From the NCBI GenBank assembly GCA_944372795.1, contig CALWAF010000001.1:64390-128389 (forward strand): a stretch of 64,000 nucleotides of DNA, written 5' to 3'. The position numbers and the translations under genes were made by a program. The notes beneath the pieces are model-generated. The model did not search any database and had not been told where the DNA came from. It saw nothing but the letters and a program-made list of their open reading frames with translations. Numbering within the stretch: position 1 is the stretch's first letter; each line of letters starts with the position of its first letter. This stretch comes from an uncultured Clostridia bacterium (GTDB taxonomy: Bacteria > Bacillota > Clostridia > Christensenellales > CAG-917). Shown one piece after another: positions 28,511 through 37,331 of the stretch.

Positions 28511-28848
28511 CAGGCCGCCAACCCTGCCGCGTACAACTTGCCTGCCGCCTCATAAGTGCTCATGTCGGTGACGATGAACACGATGTTATAGTTTTCGGCG
28601 AGCTTGATCATGTCCGCATCCGGGCGCTTGCCGCACACGAACACGATGCACGCGATGTCCACCATCACCGCCGTGCGCACCACCTGCGGATTTACAAGCC
28701 CCGTGATGAGCACGCCCTGATCGCGGACGTAAGCCAACACGTCGCTCATCATATCGAAGGCGCACGCGGAGGCGATGTCGGTGTCTGCCGCGTCGGGCGA
28801 GCAAAGGATGCTGCCCTCCACGACGGAAGCGATGTCTCTGATTTTCAT
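28510..28848 (-). CDS. DRTGG-domain protein (2)
   Basis: 112 aa; MKIRDIASVVEGSILC...VLAYVRDQGVLITGLVNPQVVRTAVMVDIACIVFV. Confidence 0.75.
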   Translation of the reverse strand: MKIRDIASVVEGSILCSPDAADTDIASACAFDMMSDVLAYVRDQGVLITGLVNPQVVRTAVMVDIACIVFVCGKRPDADMIKLAENYNIVFIVTDMSTYEAAGKLYAAGLAA

Positions 28849-28888
28849 AGGTCCACTCCGTGCGCGGCGCGAGCCGCGTTGTACTCTG

Positions 28889-29389
28889 TCAGTCGCGGTA
28901 CTTGGCCAGGATGCCGGGAATGTCCGCGGGGGTGAGCTTGCCGTAGACGTCGTCGCCTATGGTCATGACGGGTGCAAGCCCGCAGCAGCCGATACAGCGC
29001 GTGGAGCACAGCGAGAACTTCCCGTCGGAAGTGGTCGCGCCGTCCGAAAGCCCCAGCTCCGCCGCCAGCTTGTTGAACACGTCGCCAGAGCCTTTTACGT
29101 AGCACGCCGTGCCGAGGCACACCGCGACCGCGTGTTCACCCTTGGGATTGAGAGAAAACTGGCTGTAAAAAGTCGCCACACCGAAGACCTCTTCCAAAGA
29201 CGCGCCCAACTCCTCGGCGACTATCTTCTGGACCTCGATGGGAAGATAACCGTAAATTTCCTGCGCTGTCTGCAGGGCGGGCATCATGCTGCCCGGCATA
29301 TCCTTGATGGTGCGGAGCTCCGCACGCAGTTTAGCCTCTTGCGCGGCGGTGCCTTTGAACGCCACGGTCGTCAATTTGATCTGTGCCAT
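28889..29389 (-). CDS. hydC: NuoE-like [2Fe-2S] subunit of trimeric hydrogenase (HydC/HndA)
   Basis: 166 aa; VFGVATFYSQFSLNPKGEHAVAVCLGTACYVKG, LCSTRCIGCCGLAPVM. Confidence 0.92.
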   Translation of the reverse strand: MAQIKLTTVAFKGTAAQEAKLRAELRTIKDMPGSMMPALQTAQEIYGYLPIEVQKIVAEELGASLEEVFGVATFYSQFSLNPKGEHAVAVCLGTACYVKGSGDVFNKLAAELGLSDGATTSDGKFSLCSTRCIGCCGLAPVMTIGDDVYGKLTPADIPGILAKYRD

Positions 29390-29538
29390 ATTTCCTCCGA
29401 AAACAACGTAAGCGACGCTTTCGCGCCAACGGAGTTATTGTAGCATAACCCCGAATAAATTGCAATGACAAAATCTTACGATTAAACGCGCGCGTGCAAG
29501 ACGCGCGCTATGTGCACGCGCGTCATATCTTTTTGGGA

Positions 29539-29817
29539 TGCCGGAGCGGAATAATACGAACCTGCCTCAGAGCAATTCTTTTCGGCGCTTTTGCACAGCC
29601 GAAACTTGCGGGTATGTATACTATTGCCTGCGTTCCGCCAGAGCAAAATCATCCGAAAATCTCTTGCTCTGAGGTGCGAGCAGTTCCGCGCCAGCCGATT
29701 TTTGGCTGAGCAAGGAAGTCGGCGCCGCTAATACCTGCCCGTATTAGCAAGGCGAATGACGCAGTTCAGGCGGAAATCGGCGACGCTGAACCCGGTTCGT
29801 ATTATTCCGCTCCGGCA
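29539..29817. repeat. Element bounded by 24-bp perfect inverted repeats (MITE-like or structured element)
   Basis: tgccggagcggaataatacgaacc 29539..29562 is the exact reverse complement of 29794..29817; internal hairpin arms 29565..29585 / 29653..29674. Confidence 0.8.
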
Positions 29818-30590
29818 TAGCGCAGAGGCATACGGCGTTTGTGCGCCGTCCTCTCCTCCATGCCCGCGATGCGGCGGCGCATACTCTCCGAGAGTTCCCC
29901 TCCCCTGATGTACGCCGTGATGTCGCCGTAGGTCACGCCCAACTCCGTTTCGTCCGTCTGCTCGGGGTAAAGCCCTGCGGACGGCGCCTTTTCGATGATG
30001 CTTGCGGGCGCGTCCAAAAAGCGGAGCATCTCGTAGATCTCGGGAACGGTGAGGTCGGCGATGGGGTCGAAGTCGTATGCCCCGTCCCCCCACTTGGTGA
30101 AGTAGCCCACCGTGTATTCGCAGAGGTTGCCCGTGCCCGCGACGAGATAGCCCTTCGCCTGACCGAGAGCGTAAAGCGTCGTCATGCGAAGACGGGGATT
30201 GATGTTGATGAGGGCGCTTCTAGCCGCACCGTTCTCCTCCCCTTCCGCAAGCCCGTCGCCCAGCGCCGCAACGAGGCTTTCCTTGACGGCGGTAAGATCC
30301 ACCTCCGTCTGCTCTATGCCGAAGTGCCTGCCCGCGGCGAGAGCGTCGTCGCGGTCGGAGCCGTAGTTGGCGGAGGACTGACAGGGCATGATGACGCCCA
30401 GCACGTTCGGAGTCGCCATGCGGCAGAGAGCGCCCACCAGAGTGCAGTCCTTCCCGCCGCTGTTGCCGTAGATGATGCCCCTCGCGCCCGAGCTTTCCAG
30501 CACCTCTTTTATCCACTTCACGCGATTTTCGACATTTGTGCTAATATCCATATCCATGCCTCCGTTCTGCGGCTGTATTTCACCAAGCAA
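29802..30590 (-). CDS. nadE: NAD+ synthase
   Basis: YGNSGGKDCTLVGALC, VIMPCQSSANYGSDRDDA, YLVAGTGNLCEYTVGYFTKWGDG, DLTVPEIYEM. Confidence 0.9.
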   Translation of the reverse strand: MLGEIQPQNGGMDMDISTNVENRVKWIKEVLESSGARGIIYGNSGGKDCTLVGALCRMATPNVLGVIMPCQSSANYGSDRDDALAAGRHFGIEQTEVDLTAVKESLVAALGDGLAEGEENGAARSALININPRLRMTTLYALGQAKGYLVAGTGNLCEYTVGYFTKWGDGAYDFDPIADLTVPEIYEMLRFLDAPASIIEKAPSAGLYPEQTDETELGVTYGDITAYIRGGELSESMRRRIAGMEERTAHKRRMPLRYAGAE

Positions 30591-30709
30591 TTATATTCCG
30601 TCCTTTAACGTTTTTCAAGCCAATTTTAAGCAAAATGGGGGTTGTATTTGCAAAAAAGTTGGGGTATAATGGTCTCGATCACAAAAAAAACCTCAAAAAG
30701 GAGTAAATT

Positions 30710-31849
30710 ATGAGAAAAGCATTTATATGCCCCACCAAGTATGTGCAAGGCGAAGACGAGCTGCTCAACCTCGGCTATTTCGTCAAGACTTTCGGCAAGA
30801 AAGCGCTGCTCATCGCCCACAAGGACGACATCGCGCGCGTTCAGGACAAGCTGGACAAGACCGCCGCGCAGTATAAGGTGGAATTCATCCCCGCCAACTT
30901 CAACGGCGAGTGCTCCCGTCAGGAAGTCGCGAGACTGCAAGAGATGGCAAAGGCAAACAAGTGCGCCTGCACCATCGGTCTCGGCGGCGGCAAAGCCATC
31001 GACACCGCAAAATGCGTCGCCAAGGGCGAGGCTCTCATCATCTGCCCCACCATCGCGGCGACCGACGCTCCCACGTCCCACTCCGCGGTGCTCTACACTC
31101 CCGACGGCGCTTTCGACGACTATGCCTACTTCAAGCAGAGCCCCAGCGTGATCCTCATCGACACCAGCGTCATCGCGAAGGCACCCGTCCGCTTCCTTGT
31201 GTCCGGCATGGGCGACGCCCTGTCCACCTACTTCGAAGCAAGAGCGAACGTCCAGTCCTTCTGCGACGTCAACGCGGGTCTGCCCTGCGGCGCCGACAGA
31301 AAGAAGGGCACCCTGCTCGCCAGAGGCACCAACGCGGCATTCGCGCTCGCCACTCTGTGCTATCAGACCCTGCTCTCCGACGGCTATAAGGCGAAACTCG
31401 CCTGCGAGAGCAACGTTGTCACTCCCGCTCTCGAGAACATCATCGAGACCAACATCCTGCTCTCCGGTCTCGGCTTCGAGTCCGGCGGTCTTGCAGCGGC
31501 GCACGCCATCCACGACGGACTCACCGTGCTCGAGGAGACCCACAAGTACTTCCACGGCGAGAAGGTCGCATTCGGCACCATCTGCCAGCTCGTGCTCGAG
31601 AACGCCTCCGATGAGGAGATCAACACCGTCATCGGCTTCTGCCTCGAAGTCGGTCTGCCCGTCTGCCTCGAGGACATCGGCGTGCACGACATCGGCGACA
31701 GGCTGATGGAAGTTGCAGAGAAGGCTTGCATCCCCGATGAGTCCATCCACTTCATGCCCTTCCCCGTGACGGTCGAATCCGTCGCCGCGGCGATCCTCGC
31801 CGCCGACAAGCTCGGCCGCGACGCAAAGGGTTGCTGCTGCTGTGACTGA
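30710..31849 (+). CDS. gldA: Glycerol dehydrogenase (iron-containing ADH family)
   Basis: 379 aa; GLGGGKAIDTAKCVA, TIAATDAPTSHSAVLY, AHAIHDGLTVLEETHKYFHGEKVAFG. Confidence 0.9.
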   Translation: MRKAFICPTKYVQGEDELLNLGYFVKTFGKKALLIAHKDDIARVQDKLDKTAAQYKVEFIPANFNGECSRQEVARLQEMAKANKCACTIGLGGGKAIDTAKCVAKGEALIICPTIAATDAPTSHSAVLYTPDGAFDDYAYFKQSPSVILIDTSVIAKAPVRFLVSGMGDALSTYFEARANVQSFCDVNAGLPCGADRKKGTLLARGTNAAFALATLCYQTLLSDGYKAKLACESNVVTPALENIIETNILLSGLGFESGGLAAAHAIHDGLTVLEETHKYFHGEKVAFGTICQLVLENASDEEINTVIGFCLEVGLPVCLEDIGVHDIGDRLMEVAEKACIPDESIHFMPFPVTVESVAAAILAADKLGRDAKGCCCCD

Positions 31850-31926
31850 CGTGAGAATGATTTGACACCAAAAGGCGGAGGCGGACCCACGTCCGCTTCC
31901 GCCCTTTGACTAAAAAGGAGACTGCA

Positions 31927-33747
31927 ATGAAAAAGATCATCAACACTCCCGAAACCGTAGTCTACGATATGTGTCACGGGCTTGCCAAGGCGCATCCCGA
32001 ACTCGAATTCGTGGAAAAGTATAAGATCGTCAAAAAGAAGGAGATCGACGAAAACAAGGTCTCCCTCATCTCCGGCGGCGGCTCCGGGCACGAGCCCGCA
32101 CATGCGGGATTCGTCGGCAAGGGTATGCTGGACTGCGCCGTCTGCGGCGACGTCTTCGCCTCCCCTTCCCAGATCCAAGTGTACAACGCCATCAAGGAGT
32201 GCGCCACCGACAAGGGCGTGCTGCTCATCATCAAGAACTACTCCGGCGACTGCATGAACTTCAACAACGCGGCGGACCTCGCGCGTGAAGAGGACGGCAT
32301 CAAAGTGGACGCCGTCTACGTCAACGACGACATCGCGGTCAAGGACTCCCTCTACACCGTCGGACGCCGCGGCGTCGCGGGCACCGTCTTCGTGCACAAG
32401 ATCGCGGGCGCCGCTGCCGAACAGGGCAAGTCGCTTGACGAAGTGAAGGCTGTCGCGAACAAGGTCATCGAGAACGTGCGTTCCTTCGGCTTCGCTCTCA
32501 CCAGCTGCACTCCCCCCGCAAAAGGCACCCCGATTTTCGACATCGCCGACGACGAGATCGAGTTCGGCGTGGGCATCCACGGCGAGCCCGGCAGGAAGAC
32601 GGAAAAGATCCAAACGGCAGATGAACTTGCAAAACGTATCGTTAAAGACCTGCTTGAGGATGTCGGCGGCAAGAAGGGCGACGATATGGCGCTGCTCATC
32701 AACGGCTTCGGCGCCACCCCGCTCATGGAGCTTTACGTCCTCAACAATTCCGTCACGAACGAGCTCGAGAAGGCGGGCATTTCCGTCTACAAGACGCTGG
32801 TGGGCAACTTCATGACCTCCATCGACATGGCAGGCGCATCCGTCACCGTGCTCAAGCTCGACGACGAGCTCAAGGCCCTTCTCGATGCTCCCGTTTCCAC
32901 CCCCGCTCTCTCTTGGGGAGGCGCGATGGACGCACAGGCGGAGGCAGCGGTGGAAGCTATGCACGCCATCGCGAAAGCCCTCGGCTACACCCCCGCGGAG
33001 CACGCTGCCGCGCCCTCCGCAAAAGCCGCAAAAAAGGATGCCAAAGCCGCAAAAAAGGCTGCCGTCTATGAGGTGAAGGGCAAACCCGTCGTGGGCGAGA
33101 CCATCAACACCGCCGCGTTTGTCAAGATCGTGGACAAGATGGCGGACGTCATCATCGAGAACGAGGTCCCCTTCTGCGACGCGGACAAAATGGGCGACGG
33201 CGACTTCGGCATGAGCATCGCAAAAGGCTTCCGTCAGCTCAAGAAGGAATGGGCAACGAGGGATAAATCCGACATCGGCGCCTTCCTCCGCAGCTGCAGC
33301 GAGATCATCATGGAATACTGCGGCGGAGCAAGCGGTCCCATCTGGGGCAGCGCCTTCCGCTATGCAGGCAAGACAGCGGACGGCAAGGACGAGATCACTC
33401 TTGCCGACCTTGCCGACATCTTCCAAGCCGCGAACAAGGGCGTGTACGAGACGGGCAAAAAGTCCTTCGGCAAGGGCGCCGTCGTCGGCGACAAGACCCT
33501 CGTCGATGCGCTGAAACCCTGCGCCGACGCACTCGAAAAGGCGGCGAAAGACGGCAAGTCCCTCCTCGACGGCGTGAAGCTCGGCGCAGAGGCTGCTGTC
33601 GCGGGCGCGGAAAGCACCAAGACCGTCGTCGCAAAACTCGGCAGAGCGGGCACCGTGGGCGAGAAGTCCATCGGCTATCCCGATGCGGGAGCGTACGGGC
33701 TGGGCGTCATCTTCACGGAGCTTGCGAAATACATCGCCAAGATGTAA
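31927..33747 (+). CDS. Fused dihydroxyacetone kinase (DhaK-DhaL)
   Basis: 606 aa; DhaK motifs LISGGGSGHEPAHAGFVGKGMLD, GIHGEPG; Ala/Lys-rich linker; DhaL motif VPFCDADKMGDGDFG, GGASGPIWG. Confidence 0.92.
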   Translation: MKKIINTPETVVYDMCHGLAKAHPELEFVEKYKIVKKKEIDENKVSLISGGGSGHEPAHAGFVGKGMLDCAVCGDVFASPSQIQVYNAIKECATDKGVLLIIKNYSGDCMNFNNAADLAREEDGIKVDAVYVNDDIAVKDSLYTVGRRGVAGTVFVHKIAGAAAEQGKSLDEVKAVANKVIENVRSFGFALTSCTPPAKGTPIFDIADDEIEFGVGIHGEPGRKTEKIQTADELAKRIVKDLLEDVGGKKGDDMALLINGFGATPLMELYVLNNSVTNELEKAGISVYKTLVGNFMTSIDMAGASVTVLKLDDELKALLDAPVSTPALSWGGAMDAQAEAAVEAMHAIAKALGYTPAEHAAAPSAKAAKKDAKAAKKAAVYEVKGKPVVGETINTAAFVKIVDKMADVIIENEVPFCDADKMGDGDFGMSIAKGFRQLKKEWATRDKSDIGAFLRSCSEIIMEYCGGASGPIWGSAFRYAGKTADGKDEITLADLADIFQAANKGVYETGKKSFGKGAVVGDKTLVDALKPCADALEKAAKDGKSLLDGVKLGAEAAVAGAESTKTVVAKLGRAGTVGEKSIGYPDAGAYGLGVIFTELAKYIAKM

Positions 33748-33758
33748 ACCGTGTTTCA

Positions 33759-33794
33759 AAAAAAGTCGGAGGCACCCGCCTCCGACTTTTTCTT
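33759..33794 (+). terminator. Intrinsic terminator
   Basis: AAAAAAGTCGGAGGCACCCGCCTCCGACTTTTTCTTTT. Confidence 0.85.
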
Positions 33795-33976
33795 TTCCGC
33801 CTTTTCCCGCCTTGCGCGAGCCTCCGAAACGCGCATCCGGGATGACTTGTCCCCCCCTCTCCTCTCCCCTTTTCCGCAAAAAACTTTTACATAGGTTTTT
33901 CCGCGATATTTTCTTGACAAAACGCTCGCAAAACCGTTGACAAAAGTGCTCGGAAGCAATATACTATTTTCACTGT

Positions 33977-34061
33977 GCGGCCATGGCGGAACTGGCAGAC
34001 GCGTACGTTTGAGGGGCGTATGGTTAACCCCGTCCGAGTTCAAGTCTCGGTGGCCGCACCA
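33977..34061 (+). tRNA. tRNA-Leu (anticodon GAG)
   Basis: 85 nt with encoded CCA; acceptor GCGGCCA/TGGCCGC, anticodon stem-loop TACGT-TTGAGGG-GCGTA. Confidence 0.93.
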
Positions 34062-34083
34062 ACGTCGTCGCAAGGCGCTATTA

Positions 34084-34115
34084 GCAAACACCCCGCAAAA
34101 TTGCGGGGTGTTTGC
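34084..34115. terminator. 15-bp perfect hairpin after tRNA-Leu
   Basis: gcaaacaccccgcaaaattgcggggtgtttgc. Confidence 0.6.
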
Positions 34116-34336
34116 ATATGAGTCTGCGGCTCCTCTTCGCGTCGCAAAAATGCAAGCCGTTCATTCGCTCCTCGTTTTTCGCTTTGCTCTAAACTATCGC
34201 TCTTTCACTTATTTCCGCTCGCGGCGGAAATAAGTTGGATTTTAAGCAACAAATGTGCTGTGCTCTTTGCTTTGTCAAACACTAAAATTTGCTATCGGGA
34301 ATATCTTTTTGCTTCTCCGTCAGTCCCGACACAACG

Positions 34337-35323
34337 CTACTTGCGATCGCGTATCGATTCCCTTTCCAGCACTATCGGGTCGATCTTCTTAAAAACGGGC
34401 TTATGCTGCGCGCCGTCGCGCAGCCCTTTGATCAGCGCATCCGCTATCATCTTACCCAAAACATCAATGGGATGCCCTATCGCGGTTATGTTGAGAAGAT
34501 CTGCCCACGACGTATCGTCATATTGGATTATGCTTATGTCATCGGGGATCTTGAGTGACAGTTTTTGGACGGCTTTTACGGTGTTGAATCCGATCGTATC
34601 CGATACCGTGATGACAGCCGTCGGCGAGAACGCGAGCAATCTTGTGCATATTTTATCGGTGATGAATTCCTTATCTCCCATTGCAAACAACGAAGCGTCT
34701 TCTACGGTCAAACCGAAATCTTCATGCGCCTTTTTGAATCCGTCTACCCTCGTCTGCCATATGGCATTATCGAATCCTATCAGCATTATCCTACGGTGTC
34801 CGCTGTAAAGCAACCGACGCGCCGCAAGGTATGCTCCGTAATAATCATCCACCACGATACTGTCGAACTCGTCATACTGTTTCGTAAACAATTGCAAAAT
34901 ATAGACTCCTTGGCGGCTGAGCAATCTGGCGGTATCGGGATTGTAATTATTCGGCGAAAACATGATAGCCGACATCGAATTCCCCAAAAAATTATGTATT
35001 TTCGCATCGATGCGTTCATCGTCGCCCAACCCGAAATTTATGAAAAGTCTGAACCGAGTGTCGAGGTTCTTTTCGATCGAACGGATAAGCCGATTGAAAA
35101 AGGGGTTCTGCACGTCATTGACAATAAAACCTATGTTGTGATTCGTCTTGGATTTAAGATTGCTCGCAAAATAGTTGGGCACATAGCCGAGTTGTTCTAC
35201 CGCTTCGTTTATAATCTGCCGCTTCTTGTCACTCACTGCCTTCGGATTGTTGAGAGCGCGCGAAATTGTGGAAACGGATATTTTGGTATAATCGGATATA
35301 TCTTTTATTGTTACGTTTGCCAT
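34337..35323 (-). CDS. LacI-family transcriptional regulator
   Basis: 328 aa; MANVTIKDISDYTKISVSTISRALNNPKAVSDKKRQIINEAVEQLGYVPN. Confidence 0.93.
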   Translation of the reverse strand: MANVTIKDISDYTKISVSTISRALNNPKAVSDKKRQIINEAVEQLGYVPNYFASNLKSKTNHNIGFIVNDVQNPFFNRLIRSIEKNLDTRFRLFINFGLGDDERIDAKIHNFLGNSMSAIMFSPNNYNPDTARLLSRQGVYILQLFTKQYDEFDSIVVDDYYGAYLAARRLLYSGHRRIMLIGFDNAIWQTRVDGFKKAHEDFGLTVEDASLFAMGDKEFITDKICTRLLAFSPTAVITVSDTIGFNTVKAVQKLSLKIPDDISIIQYDDTSWADLLNITAIGHPIDVLGKMIADALIKGLRDGAQHKPVFKKIDPIVLERESIRDRK

Positions 35324-35530
35324 GCTTTACCTTACCTCATTTTCGATCGCATCGTCTGCCGATATTAAACAAGCCCGATCACCCCTGACGACAACTTAAA
35401 ACAGTGACCGAACTTACGTAACGATCCGAATATCCGATTATGTCATTGGGTGATAATCGTTTTCATTATTATGATAAATGATGCGAATATCAATGTCAAT
35501 TATAGGAGTATAATTTAGGGAAAGTCTTTA

Positions 35531-35543
35531 TGAAAACGTTCTC
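35531..35543 (+). promoter_or_regulatory. Candidate LacI-type operator upstream of GH13
   Basis: tgaaaacgttctc, same core as at 53297..53308 and 53430..53443. Confidence 0.6.
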
Positions 35544-35562
35544 TTATTTTGACATATCACGG

Positions 35563-35591
35563 TTGACTTCTTGCAAAAAACCTCTTACAAT
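35563..35591 (+). promoter_or_regulatory. Promoter of GH13 gene, likely leaderless
   Basis: TTGACT-N17-TACAAT ends 6 nt before ATG 35598. Confidence 0.5.
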
Positions 35592-35597
35592 TATTGT

Positions 35598-37277
35598 ATG
35601 TCGAAAAAGAATTTTATCGGTGACGATTGGTATAAAAACGTTTGCATATATCAGGTTTATCCGCGCAGTTTTTGCGACAGCAACGGGGACGGCATAGGTG
35701 ACATCCGCGGCATCATCTCCAAGTTGGATTACATTAAATCTCTGAATGTCGGCGCGATATGGATATGTCCTATGTATGACAGCCCGAATCGGGATAACGG
35801 TTACGACGTGCGCGATTATTTCGCTTTGCAGCCGGAGTTCGGAACGACGGAAGACTTTTCGCTGCTGACGGCAAAATGCCATGAGCTCGGCATCCGAGTG
35901 ATCATGGATGTGGTCTTAAATCATAGTTCCTCCGAGTGTGAGTGGTTCCTTTCTTCCTCATCGTCGGAACGCGATCCGAAACGTGACTGGTACATTTGGA
36001 GAAAAGGAAAACCCGATGGCGCTCCGCCTACAAATTGGGAGGCGATCTTCGGAGGTTCGGCGTGGAATTACGACGCGAAGACGGATTCATATTATCTCGG
36101 CACCTTTTCACCATATCAACCGGACTTTAACTGGGAAAACGCGGAACTTCGCGAAGCTCTTTTCGATGTTCTACGTTTCTGGCTGGAGAGAGGTGTGGAC
36201 GGATTTCGTCTCGACGCCATCAACTTCATCTCAAAAGCGCCCGGATATCCCGACGGAATGGCAGGTCCGAACGGACTTGCGCCTATAAGACCGTTTGTAT
36301 GCAACGGACCGAAAGTTCACACATGGCTGAGCGAAATGAAAAAGAAGGTGCTCTCCCCCATGCACGCGATGACGGTGGGAGAAGCGGACGGTTCCTCTGT
36401 CGAAGACGCGATACGATTCTCGAAAGAGATCGACATGATTTTCAGTTTCGACCATGTTGCTCTCGACATCGGTCCGAATTTCACATTCAACAAAAAAATA
36501 CCATTGCCAAAACTCAAATCCATACTGAGCGAGTGGCAAAACAAATTGCGAGGCAAAGCATGGAATGCTCTGTTTTGGGAGAATCATGACCAACCAAGGA
36601 TAGTATCAAGACTGGGCGATGAAGATGATCTGCGCGCCGTTTCGGCGAAGATGCTTGCCGCTGCGCTTTTTTTCTTGCAGGGAACACCTTTTATATATCA
36701 GGGAGAGGAGCTCGGTCTTCCGAACACAAGGTTTGCAAAGCGCACGGAATTGCGCGATATCGAAATGTGTAATGCCTTTGTAAATTACGTAGATACGGGG
36801 ATACTCTCACAAGAACATTTGATGCGCTTTGCAAATTATAAAGGACGCGATACGGGACGCACTCCGATGCCGTGGGACGGAAGCCCGAGGGCAGGGTTTA
36901 CAACCGGCACGCCATGGATAAAACTCGGTGACACGCACCGAACTCTCAATGTCGAAAACCAAGATGCGGATGAACATAGTGTTCTGAACTGGTTCAGAAC
37001 ACTTATAGGATTCCGCAGGAACGATCGGGTAATACGCGACGGAGAATACAGGGTCTATAACATTGACGATCCGAATGTATATGAATACACGAGATTGCTT
37101 AACGGCTCGGGGTATCATATATTATGTTCGTTCTGCAAAGACGAAACCCGTTATGTTTGCGGCTTTGAGGGAACAAAAACGCAGATGCTGTTTTCCAATT
37201 ACGGTGACGATACCTTCTCCGAAACCGGAAAACTCCGCCCGTTCGAGACCGTGATCTCTAAGGCGGAGCTTCCTTAA
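35598..37277 (+). CDS. GH13 alpha-glucosidase / oligo-1,6-glucosidase-type enzyme
   Basis: WYKNVCIYQVYPRSFCDSNGDGIGDIRGI, DVVLNHSS, GFRLDAINFISK, GEADG, ENHDQPR. Confidence 0.92.
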   Translation: MSKKNFIGDDWYKNVCIYQVYPRSFCDSNGDGIGDIRGIISKLDYIKSLNVGAIWICPMYDSPNRDNGYDVRDYFALQPEFGTTEDFSLLTAKCHELGIRVIMDVVLNHSSSECEWFLSSSSSERDPKRDWYIWRKGKPDGAPPTNWEAIFGGSAWNYDAKTDSYYLGTFSPYQPDFNWENAELREALFDVLRFWLERGVDGFRLDAINFISKAPGYPDGMAGPNGLAPIRPFVCNGPKVHTWLSEMKKKVLSPMHAMTVGEADGSSVEDAIRFSKEIDMIFSFDHVALDIGPNFTFNKKIPLPKLKSILSEWQNKLRGKAWNALFWENHDQPRIVSRLGDEDDLRAVSAKMLAAALFFLQGTPFIYQGEELGLPNTRFAKRTELRDIEMCNAFVNYVDTGILSQEHLMRFANYKGRDTGRTPMPWDGSPRAGFTTGTPWIKLGDTHRTLNVENQDADEHSVLNWFRTLIGFRRNDRVIRDGEYRVYNIDDPNVYEYTRLLNGSGYHILCSFCKDETRYVCGFEGTKTQMLFSNYGDDTFSETGKLRPFETVISKAELP

Positions 37278-37300
37278 GGAGCAATATATGAAACGTAGCT

Positions 37301-37327
37301 ACCTCCGACATATTGTCGGAGGTTTTT
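37301..37327 (+). terminator. Intrinsic terminator
   Basis: ACCTCCGACATATTGTCGGAGGTTTTT. Confidence 0.8.
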
Positions 37328-37331
37328 CGTA

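Noticed and set aside
26456-28571. Several plus-strand ORFs of 170-422 aa opposite the hydrogenase operon
   Set aside because: Complementary to supported genes; no start-site or domain support.
31384-33879. 831 aa minus-strand ORF
   Set aside because: Antisense to the well-supported gldA and DhaK-DhaL genes; composition artefact.
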